Of a stretch of DNA of 63,889 nt, positions 10,377 to 21,901 are shown piece after piece. The notes under the pieces are model-generated. The model was not told the DNA's origin. It worked only from the letters and a program-made list of their open reading frames with translations, and made no database searches. The stretch's first letter is position 1; every line of letters begins with the position of its first letter. The DNA lies in NCBI GenBank assembly GCA_001179505.1, contig CDMY01000176.1, forward strand, positions 62,001 to 125,889. Direction: 5' to 3'. Source of the stretch: Vitrella brassicaformis CCMP3155. Its lineage: Eukaryota > Protista > Chromerida. The translations under genes were made by a program, and so were the position numbers.

Positions 10377-12851
10377 ATGAGTGGAATTCGCCGCAGCCTC
10401 GGTGACGGTGCCCGCCATCTGTGCGCCCTCCCCCTCCCGCCTCCCTGCCTACCCCCACCAGCCACACACAGGTGGCCGATCAAGTCGCTGTCTGCGGCAG
10501 CCAGGAGGCTTCAGCACTCATCGTCACCACCATCGTCGGTGTCTGCCGAGCCTTCTCAGCCGGCGCCGGCATGCAGGAGGCATGGCGAGCAGAGGAGTGA
10601 GGTCGTTGGTTATTATCGGTCTGCAGAAGGGAGGTCGCTGCTGCATCAGCCGAGGAGGGGGCAGATGATGGCTGGGCGGGGGAGGGCTATGTGTGAGCAG
10701 CGTCGGTGTTTTTTGGGTTTGCATCTGCCGCACCTGCCCGGCACTGACACGAAGCCCCTCCACCATGAAGACAGGAAACTCGTGCCGTAAGCAAAGCAGA
10801 GGGAGGAGGGCGAGGCGACCACATGCTGCGTAGGTTGAATTCCATCCATTGTCTATCGATTGTGTTGTGTGAGTCGTGCAGTTACAGCCCCGAGCAGTAC
10901 TATGACCTGGTGGTGGATGTGGAAAACTACGAGAAGTTCCTCCCATGGTGCCAGGTAACGTACACACAGACATCCACACACAGCACAGCACAGCACAGCC
11001 TTATCGTTGGTTGTATCCTCTCACTGTGTGTGGGCTGGCCTGCCGTCTGTCTGTCTGTCTGTTTGTCTGTGGGCTGGCCTGTCCGTCTGGATGCATCAGG
11101 AGTCTCGTTTGGTGACCGAGGGCAACCCCGGTCCGGCGCGGGATGCGCACAAGACAGCCACCTCCGCCCGATTCAAGGCCGAGCTGGTCGTGGGGTTCAG
11201 GCTGTTCAAGTGAGCAAGGGGCAAAGGGGCCAGCCAGGATGGATGTCATGTCGTGTGTATGCCATCCATGTCTGTCATTTTGTGTAATGTATGTGTTGTT
11301 CCCCTTCCAGGGAGCGTTACACGTCGATAATCGACGGGACGCGCCCCAAGCTGATCAAGGTGTCGGCGGCCGACTCGAACATATTCGAAAGGCTGGTGGG
11401 GTGGGCTCTGACTGATGGACTGATGGATGCAGTGATAGATCGCATATGTGATGTGTGGATGCATTGTGTCTGCTGGTCTGTCGATGTATGTGTGTGTGTG
11501 TAGGTGAACATATGGCGCTTTGAGAACGGCCCCGAGCCCCAGACATGCTGGCTCACATTCACCATCGAATTCAAAGTCAGTCAGCCCCACACAATGACTG
11601 ACCGTCACAAGACAAGCAATAAAGCAAATTGTGGTTGCTGCCTGTGTGTGTGTGTGTGTACTGGCCAGTTCGCATCCGTCTTCCACCAGCAGGCTGCGGG
11701 CCTCTTCCTCTCTGAGGTCTGTGCGTTGGTGGGTGGGTGTTTTGGTGCGACAGACACATCGTGTCGTGTGTTATGTGATGGTGTGACCAGGTTGCCCAAG
11801 CGATGGTGCACTCATTCGACAAGCGAGCGTCTTTCCTATACGGTGGGCCAACAGGCCACACACGAGAGGAGAGAGAAGGGGGAGACACACACACACACGC
11901 AGTGCAGAGCAGTTTTTCTCTTTGTCGATGGATTGACCCAATCAGGTCGGTCGCAGCACATCAGCCCCGCCATCACAAGCCCATCGGTAACTGACACGGA
12001 CAGAGAAATGATCCAGTCCCACAAGGAAACCCGCTCATATTGTCTCCTTCCTCTCCTTTCTTGCAGCGTGCCCCGGAGGCCCGTCCAATGCGCCTGGCGC
12101 AGCGGCCGGCAGAGGCGCCCCGAGCACCCGCCGTGGCACCAGCGAGGCCAGTCCCCACCCCCGCCCCGCCCCGTGCAGTGAGGCCACCGCCCACCCCCGT
12201 GGCTGCAGCAGCCGGCAGGAGGGAGCCGGCCGTTCTCGCGCCAGGCGAGCTGGAAGCCATCACCTCACGTAGAAAGGGGATATGAATGAAAGGCCGGGTG
12301 GGTCGGTGAGTGTGCGCTGATAGCATCCCTCCCTTCGTTTGTTCGTTGGTTTTGGTGTGTATCTTCAGTGGGCTCCCAGGTGACCTCGTTTTCGTTTTCC
12401 GACTGGGCGCGCATGCTTTTGCGGATTCAGCAGCTGGAGAACGGCCAGAGGGTCAACTCCAGGGAGGCCAAGGCGCTGAGGAGCCTCGTGAGGCAACAGA
12501 AGCCCGAGGTACGTGTAATGAGAACAGGCAGACCGCGTGTGCATGTGTGTGTGCTGCGCGTTGATCGTCATGTCATCGATATATCATCAGGTGGGTATAG
12601 TCTTTGTGGCGTATGATCCGTTCTTTCACCACCCGCACGAGGGACAGACCTCGGGGGACTCGCCAGAAGAGGTCAGCCAGGCAGGCAGGCAATGAGGCAG
12701 GGAGGAAGGAATTCAACACGTTGAAGCCGTCAGTCAGTCAGTCACGGCTTATCTTATCTCATGTGTGTGTGGTTGTGTTGCGTGTAAACCACGTGCTGTG
12801 CAGATATCCCTGGTGATGAATCTGCGTGAAGTGCTGGAAGACGCCATGTGA
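10377..12851 (+). CDS. COQ10: Coenzyme Q-binding protein COQ10 (START/polyketide-cyclase fold), mitochondrial leader, C-terminal extension
   Basis: Spliced motifs YSPEQYYDLVVDVENYEKFLPWCQ, FKAELVVGF, ERYTS, IWRF, CWLTFTIEFKFASVFHQQAAGLF, AMVHSFDKRA. The R/S/A-rich N-terminus resembles a presequence. Confidence 0.9.
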
Positions 12852-13565
12852 TGTGACCGACAGATGGATGGAGGGAGGGATGGAGGGAGGGAGGGAGGGA
12901 TGGATGTGTGCCTATCTGTGTGTGCGTGTCGACTCGACATGGTTGTGACAACAAATAGCCATCTGGGTGTGTTTTCCCAGGTGGCATGGGCCCATGCCAT
13001 GAATGGTCGTGTGTGTGTGTGTGCAATGCAGTCAATGTGGTTTCTTTCTCAGTTCTCAGTGACGGACGGACGGACGGACGATACACACACGTGTGCAGTG
13101 CACGGGACACATTTGTAGTCAGTCATTCACTGTGATGAGTGAGTGGATGGGATGACCTGTGTTTGTGTCTGTCTACCCTTACTAACAACGTATATGTATT
13201 ACACGTCTCACCGTCATGTTAGCGAGCGAATTACACACACACACCGACAGACAGACATCAATCGCCATCATGTCATGACAGCTGGCCAGCCACAGATTTG
13301 ATAGAAAACGACGGTCAGTCACGATAAATACCGACAGCATGGCATGCTACCCACAATGTAAGGATGGAGGAATGCATTCATTATGTATGCACATATATGT
13401 GCAGGGGACACGCAAGTCAAGTGGCAGCTGGCGACACAACACACACAAAAATACATAGGCATCACACAGACAGACAGACAGGCAGACAGCAGCCCCCCTA
13501 CCCCTACACCTTCACCCCACCCCCTGTGCGCCACAACCTGGTGTGTCTACGCATCGCATCGCTCA

Positions 13566-16500
13566 TCACTCGATGAGCCGCTCACCGCCCTCGATCCCTG
13601 CTCTACCACTCCCATTCCCTCTCCCCTCTCTCTCCCCGCTGCTGCTGCCGCCATCCTCTGAGCTGCTGCTGTCGGGTTGGCGTGCGACCTCTTGCCATGG
13701 TTCGACCTCCCCGTCCCCCGTGTCGTCGTCTGCATCCTCATCAGAGTCGGTCTCTCGCTGCTGCCTGGCGGCGTGCTGCCTCGAGTCTCTGTCGGTGTCT
13801 GTGGTCTCTTCTTCTACTTCTGGGATGCCGACCTCCTGTTCGCCGTCTTGCTCGTCATCCTGCTCCTGCTCCAGGCTGGTGTCGTTGGCAGCCTCCACTT
13901 GCTGCTGCTGCTCATCCAGAGCGTCTTGGTCCGCTGCAGGCTGGCTGTCTGCCGCCCCGTTTCTTCCCTCCCTTCTCTCGCTGGCAGCATCTTCCTGCTG
14001 GATGACGGCTGGTGGTGGTGGTGGTGCTGGTTCCTTGTTGGCGTCATTGTTCTCCGCGGCCGTGTCGTTACTCTCATCATCAGAGCTGTCCTTCTTCCCT
14101 GCCCCTTCCTGTGACATCGCTTCAGCCTCCTCCACAGTGGCTGCATCCTTCTGGACAGGTGCTGCATTGTCAGCTGCCTTGGCGTCAGTCGACGCCTGTC
14201 CCCCCGGCCCCCCCGGGCCGTCCTCCCCTCCCTCCGGTGGCTGTGGCGGCTGTGGCGCTTGTGGCCGCTTTTCAGAGCGCTCCGCACTGCTGGCCACAAC
14301 GACAGGCTCCTCCTCTTGCTCCTCGATGACCATCTGACACGATTTGTGGGCTGCGTCGGGAAGCACGATGAAGGAATACGACAGAGCGTCGAGCATCAGG
14401 GGATCATCCCGGTGGACAACGTTCGGGTGGAGAGCAGGCATGACCGTCTCGTTGGTGGCGGGGTCGACGGTCGGTTCCAGGCGCTGGCCGTTGAGGCTCA
14501 TTGCTGTCGAGTCGGGGTCAGGCGAGGAAAAGATGTAGTCGAGCCGACGGGCGCCGCGGGTCTTGAAGGAGATAGAATAGGACTTCTTCTTGTCGAAGTT
14601 CAGTAATAAAATCGCCACGCCGCCCGGATGCTCCTTGGCGCACTGGGCATAGATCCGCAGAGGGGGCGTCTTGACCCCTTCCACCCCGAGCGCGTCCCAC
14701 AGCCCGCCACCAGTGGCCGGCCGCCTCCTGGTCTTCAGCCCTCCTCTCCGATTAGCCTCGATCCTCCGCAGAAGTGAGCTCTTTCCCTCCTGCGGCACGT
14801 GCCTCGCGCACTGCACATCGCCCTCCATGACGTCGCAGGCCAGTGAGGGCTTCCTGCTGTTGGGTCGGGGAGGGCCCCTGCCGACCATTCTGTCGGGTGA
14901 TGACTGGAGGTTGAACTTGGGGTTGATGGCGGGGGATCCCATGATCTTGTTCCACAGGATGGACGTGTAGAGGTCGGGCATGGGGGCGTAGGTCTGGTTG
15001 TGCAGGAGGCCGTAGAGGCCACCCACGAGGGTCTGCCGGCACCAGTGGGTGTAAGATTGCGCCGCCGCCATGCCCAGAGAGTCAAGGTACCAAAACCCAG
15101 AATAATAGTTCATCGTGACCAGCCTGAGACCAGACGAGACGAGACGTCACACCCGCACCGCATATATGCAGGTAACGAAACCCCTCCACCCTGTCAGCTG
15201 CATGTGCGCTACCTGCTTCCGGAGTTGTATGCTCCCCCCGCCTCGCCCATCCAGACTTCAGTGCCCGGCGCACGTTTTGCCGTGACGGTGGCCACGTCAC
15301 GCACCAGTGGCAGCTCCCACCGCAACATGTAGGACGGATCAAGCGCCTTGTTCTTCACCTCAGGATCCACCCTGCCGGACAAATCGAACCGAACCAGAGA
15401 TATATGCAAACCGAAGCAGAGAGATGTGTGTTTGTGGGCTGCTGGGCTGGCTGTGTGGAGCCTCCCTCGTGTCTGGCTCACCCGGCGCCAAGAACGTACT
15501 GCAGTCAAAGCAGCGGCACAAAAAAAAGGAAGGCAAGGCAAGGCAAGGCAAGGCCAGCAGCGAACCGATCAATGATAGCGTGTGTAGTGTAGTGCAATCC
15601 CCGATCCCGTCAGCATTGCTTACGTTGTGGTGGGTATAGGCGTCAAGCCTCATGTCCCGTTGGGCGAGCTCGTCGAAGAGCTGTGCGGTGTATTTTTCAT
15701 CGAACGTCGAATCCATGCCGACCAGCATTGGCCTCCCGGCTCCAATCAAGGAAGGAGCGCCGCCCTCAGACCCGTTGACTGGTGCAAACGACCACTCTGG
15801 GACACCGTCTGCACACAACGATTGACATCCATGATACATCACAAAGAGTACAGGTGTGTTGTGTGCGTGTTAGATGCATGCATGCTCACTCACGCCAGAT
15901 CTTGTCGATCAGCTGCCTGGTTTGTTGGATCATTTTGACGGCCTCCTCGACGTCAAAGTGGGCGGTGATGGCGGTTTCCGACCACAACTCATTGCCCATC
16001 TGTGTGGCACACAACATCAGCACAGGCGAGGCGCTCTGCTGTCTGTAACTTCGGTAGTGTCCTTCTTCCTCCTTTTCACCTCGACAGCGTATAGAGGCGC
16101 ATCGGACTCTTTGGCCCACCGCAACAGACGCTCAGCTGATGGGAGTCAACACACACGTACACGCACTCACACAGATGTCCATTCTGTGTCCATAGAACCA
16201 ACGACTGACTCACCGTCTGCAGGGTCCCAGACTCCCTCGTAAGACAGGTGACCGACCTTCCTCCGGCCGTACAGAGCGTTCAGACCAAACGCAAGAACAC
16301 AGCCAGCCTCCTGAGGGACGCCACGTAGACACGCAAGGCGACGTCTGGCAAAGCAGCAATCGTCAGCGTGCGTGTGCGTACCTTGCAGTAGTTGGAGAGC
16401 TCCAGGAAGCGCGAGTGAGAGAAGCAACCGCCGATGAAGCCCAGCCTACATGACACACACGCACACACACAAGGGCGTCGCTATGCCATGATCGACCTTT

Positions 16501-17251
16501 ATGTTGCTCTTCGCCCGCCTGCCCGCCTGACCTGTCGTCTGGATCTTTCTTCATCTCTTGGGGGCAGGCCTCGCCGTCCTCGCGGTAATAAATGTGGTCC
16601 TGACACACACACGCACACGTGCCGCAGGTATGTTTGGTGTATGGATGGATAGTGGTCGAGTGGCTGGGCTGACCTGCAGGCTGCCTCCAATGCGCAGGAT
16701 GAAAGGGGCGAGCGCCTTGCCTGCCGGGATGAGCTTGCTGAAGTCCACTGAGTTGAGACCGACATGATGCCAAGGACAGATGCCGTAGTCACACTTATCC
16801 TCGGGCCACCAGTCCAGATTCGCACACACGAACCCCAGCGGGTTCTCTGGAGCCGGCCCCTCCAGTGCTTCAGCCGGGGGCTGCTCATCTGCAGGCTCGA
16901 TCAGCGACAAGGACACGACCACGGACGAAGACGCTGGGGCCAGGCCGCGCCCGAACTGCAGGTCGCTTATATCGCTGTTGATGGACGCCTTGCGGGGCGC
17001 GGTGTCCGTGACGATTCCCAATAGCGCATCACTCTCGTGCAGCCGGGGGAGAAAGAAGCTGAAGATGATCCTGCAGAAAACAAGCACGGCGCACGAGAAA
17101 GACAAAAGCGTGAGCGATGCCGGGCCCTGCTTCTTCGCTGCGTCTTCTGTGTTGTGTTTGTGTTTGTGCTTGTGCTTGTGCTTCTTTCTTACGTGGCCAA
17201 AGCGGCGGCGAGCAGGGACACTGTGAATATTTTAAGGGCCAGCTTCCGCAT
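13566..17251 (-). CDS. Secreted heparanase-like glycoside hydrolase family 79 (plant-like) with a long acidic C-terminal tail
   Basis: Signal peptide MRKLALKIFTVSLLAAALAT. Motifs GFVCANLDWWPEDKCDYGICPW, FILRIGGSLQ, AFGLNALYGR, acid/base GNEL, YTHH, nucleophile VWMGEAGGAYNSG, FWYLDSLG, CRQTLVGGLYGLL, LRIYAQC, GGVAILLLN. Confidence 0.92.
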
Positions 17252-17320
17252 GCCCTGGTGAGTTGCAGACATCGCCTTCGTTTCTGATCCCTCGACACTG
17301 GACGAGAAGCGCGCAGACCT

Positions 17321-17338
17321 CATTCCGTGAAACCGCTC
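17321..17338 (+). promoter_or_regulatory. Candidate promoter element CATTCCGTGAAACCGCTC (copy 3)
   Basis: Lies within the 107-bp gap between GH79 ATG 17251(-) and PLD ATG 17359(+). Identical to 10077-10094. Confidence 0.55.
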
Positions 17339-17358
17339 CACCAAACTGTTGACGCACG

Positions 17359-20157
17359 ATGAATCTCCTCTGCCTTCTTTACAGCTTTGCTTTGTTGTCG
17401 GTCACTGCGACTGGCGGCAACACTTCTGCAGTGCAAAGCGACAGACTGAGTGCCATCCATGCGCACACTGCCGGAACAGCCGGTGCCGCCAGGGGCAGTG
17501 CCGACTGGAAGGGCACCTTTCCAGAGCGAAAGTGCACCTTCCACCCGATTGTGTGCTCGAATTCGTTTGACAAAAGGCACCTTGGCTACTATGAGCAGGT
17601 AGCTGACCAGACGACTCACTACCGTCCACATTGCATGCATGTGCTGGTGCCTTGTGTGTAACAACAGCTCTACGAAATCCTCACAGATCCAAACCTGGGC
17701 AAAGGCAGCGAAATTATCTTCACGGGTACACATAGAGACATCGGTTGGCAGCGGGTATGTGAAGTTGACGGGCGTGTCTCGGCTTCTCTGTCTCTCTTGC
17801 ATGTAGGCTACAAGATTGATGTGTCCACACGCCTGCTTGGCGCATGGGTATCTGCCGACAACCCGCCGCTGTCATTTTTGTTCAAGAAGTTGATCGAGAA
17901 AAACGTGAAGATTCATGTGGTCTTCTGGCAAAACATCGGTAATTCACATGAGGGAGTGGACTGACTACAACTGATCGGTGGGTGCCTCCGTTGTCCAGGC
18001 ACCTTCACCCTTGACGCTGTCACGACGACCGCATACAATGTGAACGAACAGGTGACCGATTCGTACCGGCAATGGTACGTGTTGTGCGTTCTTTGATGGA
18101 CTCACCCAGATTGTCTGACTGACATGCAGGCCAAACAGCTTGACAGAATGGGCGTGCGAGTCTTCATCGACGTTGGCACGGAGTATGGGACCGCAAAAAT
18201 GGCCAATTCGAATCACATGAAAAGGTCAATTTGTCAGGTTGGCTGCGTTGCCGCGTTATCGAATGCTAGGTCCATTGTGTTTGCGTCAGTCTTGTTATCA
18301 ATCGTGAGGTGGCCTTCATCGGCGGCCTGGACATTGACCCAGAGCGTGTTGACTCGCCAGAACACCGACATGACAATCCCTCAAGATACGCTCCGAAAAA
18401 GCCAGGTTGCGCCACTGAGTATTGAGCAGAACAGAGCGAATGGGAGACACGACAATGTAACATGACTTGCAGGTAATCTGCAGAAGCCTTGGCAAGATAT
18501 TCACAGTCGTTTGACGGGCCAGGCAGCAAAAGACATTGCCTACATCCACGTCCACAGGCAGGCAAATCTCTACACACAAGGGAGGTCTTCTATCTTCTCC
18601 CCTTCCCGTGTTCGAATTCGATGGCAGGAGGGGTGCAAAATCTACAAGTCCGACTCCTCCTCTTGGCTCGGTGGCCTCCTCAGCGGCGCAGTGGCTATCT
18701 TTCGAGACATCGTCGATGACGACTTGGCCGCCATCCGCGACAAAATGTGCACGGGGTCGTACATGCCGCCGTGGGACTACGAAGCGCCACGATTCGATTT
18801 CACGCCGTACTTGGAGAAACACAAGGGCTTCCCCGGAACGTGCCAGATTCTGCTATCTGGCACGAGAAACTTCTTGAAAACGCCAGAATCCATAACTGTC
18901 ACCAGCATTATGGTGCGGAGAGCGAGAGAAAAACAGTCGAACGTGCCTATGTCTGTATGTCTGTACTTGATGTCTGTGTCTATCAGGATGATTATGTCAG
19001 ACTGATTGGCAATGCGGAGCGCTATGTGTATCTCGAGACTCAATACTTTGTTGGGCTCGCAGCGGACGTCGACTGCAAGGCGGCACTGCAGTCAGAGGAC
19101 GGCAACTTCCACCCAAGAAACGCGGTCCCTGCCGCAATCTTCGAGCGCATCACCAAAGCCATGGACAACAAGGAGGACTTCTCCTTCGTGCTGTCCGTGC
19201 CACTCGCCCCCTGTACGCGATGTGTGCTTCTCTGTGCGCGTTGTGTCTCATGTCTCCTTTCATCTGTCCCAGATCCCACACTGCCCCTCTACGCGGTCCT
19301 CATGAGCCTTTTCCACGAGCGGTGTGGCATGGTTTCCCAGCTTGAGCGCTACCGGAGCAAACACAACGTCCGAGAACCACTCAAGCGCTATTTCAGCGTC
19401 TATTTCCACGGCAGGGTGGCCAACCTGGCTTCTGCCCGTGGGGCAGTGGCTTACGCCACCTACGTCCACAGCAAGATGCTGATCGTAGACGACAGGTATT
19501 GCCACCTTCGGGAAGTCCTGATCATGTGTCTCGATTGCCCTCTGTCTGTCTGTCTGTCTGTCTCCAGATACGCCCATGTGGGCAGTGCAAATTGTGTGAC
19601 GGGCAGGGAGTAAACCAATGACAACTGAGTTACACTTCGGTACCCGTTGTATTCGTCAGGCAACGACCGCTCCATGACGGGCGAGGGAGACGCGGAGGCC
19701 AACGTGCGATTCACAGCCGGGAGCGCCAAGCCCGACACGAATGGCGTCGTGGAGCTCAGGAAGAAGGTGTTCGGGTACCTGTTTCCCTACCTGACGTTTG
19801 ACCCGTTCTCCACATATAAGCGCAGCTTCTCAGAGATGGTGAGCGATGCCGTCGACGAGGCCGGCGAGGAGGTGGCGCAGCAGACGGGGTTGGACTGGGC
19901 CCACGGGACGCTCCAAGGGAAGCCTCTGAGGGAGCTACCTAACTGGGAGAAAATCACTGGAGGTGAGGCACACACAGGAACAAATGGACGAGACAGAGAC
20001 AGATGTCGTGTCAGGGTTCAACTACATCGACTTGGGCCACACCATCGACGACAGTGCTCTGCCTCTGCTGTGGCCGCTCACCAAGGACATATTCGGCGAG
20101 CCACGCAGCTGGAGGGGCACTTCCAACGCCACCAGCCTCGCCTATCTGGCGTGGTGA
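17359..20157 (+). CDS. Phospholipase D (two HKD-type motifs), signal peptide, no C2/PX/PH domain
   Basis: MNLLCLLYSFALLSVTATG leader; [80 protein letters not shown]. About 11 exons joined in frame. Confidence 0.9.
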
Positions 20158-21372
20158 GAGGGGGTGATTGATTGATTGATGGACCTGCGGAGCGGGGCGA
20201 GGACTGTTATGGTCGTGATGCTACAATTGATGGACGTGACTCTTGAGTTGTCCGGTGAACAGCCTTAGTTGGTGGATAAAGCAGCGGAAGTCATGCAAGC
20301 ATACAGGAAAAGCGAATGGGACACTCACTGACACGGTCCGGAAAAAGACAGAGACACACGCTGAGACTCGCGATCGTCAACACATTCGGTTGGAAGGACA
20401 GACACTGAAGGAAGGCACGGTAGCCACCTCACGCTTCCCCCCTCTCTATAAAGCCACACGCACGCCACGCACGCATAGAAGTGTGTCGGTGCAGTGCATG
20501 CGAGTGTGCTGCAGTGCACTCACTGCACCCCACCCAGCCTACCCCTGTACAAACAAATACTCGCGACTGTCACGTCACACGTGCCCTGCGATTCCCTGAC
20601 TACCCGTGTGCTGCCATCGCATCGGATCGCATCGCATGCCATCGACTGATGGACCGACCCGACCCACATTGTGTGTGTGTGTGTGTGCGCCCCCTCCCTC
20701 CCTCCCTACTCATAAAGCCATTACATCGGGTGTGGTGTGGGTGGTGAGTGAGTGGACGGTGCCGCCACCAAAAATGGGGGCGCACCGATCTGTATCATGT
20801 AGGTGAGGTGGGGATGGAAAGGATGGACTGGGTGCCGTGCAGCCCTGGCGAGTGAGTGTAGTGGACGGACGCGTGAATGAATTTGTGAATGAATCATGCA
20901 TGTACCATGAACGTCGAACCTGCTCTAAAACACAGTCTAGTGTGAAGCTTCCCCTCGGGCCTAATCCTTCCTTACCAGGTGGAGGATCAGCCCAGTTCGT
21001 TCGACACAGCTCTCGCCACCCCCACACCCCGAGAGCGCCCCAAAACCGATGGTCGAATGAGCCACTACTGTATGCATTGCATGGCTGGCATGTGGAAAAA
21101 AGGCGTGGTGAATAAAACGCACCAAACACGCAGGCACGTCACAGTCACACAGCCGCCCACCCCACCCGGACACACTGCCACATCAGACCGACCCCCAAAA
21201 AACCACTGAATGAATGAATGAATGAATGGATCGGCATGGCGTGCCTACGCATGCACGCCATGCCCTTCCTTCCTACACCCCCACTAGCCACAACAAATCA
21301 GTCAATCGAGAGAGAAAGGGATGGCAGGCAAGGCTCGGCGCCTTCACACACTCACGCAGTCCCATGACCCAT

Positions 21373-21869
21373 CTATAAATTACTCCCCGTGTGGCCATCC
21401 ACACGAATCGGCCTGTCCGCCGACTGTTCCGCCAGTCTCCGTGGCAGTGTGCCGGGAGTGGGTGGCGGTGGGACTGGGACAAGAGAAGGCGGCCCCACAG
21501 GTCGGTATGACCGCGACGCCGGGTACTCGCCGTTGATCACCTCTTGAGCCGTGTCGTCGCCCTCTGCCGGCACCGGCTCTGGATGAACGAACAGCAGCAC
21601 CAGCGGCAGATAGATAGATAGATGTGTACCAGTAGAGGCAGGCAGAGAGGCATCTTGTGTGGTGTGGTGTGGTGTGCATTGCATACCTGTGCACTTGAGT
21701 GAAGCTCCCTGTACGTCGGTGAAGCACAGGAAGGCGGCGCCGTCGAGGTCGAGGCCCTCCTTGCAGTCCGTGATGGCCGTCTCGTTGCCCTGGCAGTCGG
21801 GACGAGACACTACCGTGCGGTTGCCCAGGTACAGAGCGTAGATGTTGATTGCCTTGCCGAACCCTGCGG

Positions 21870-21901
<32 letters not shown>

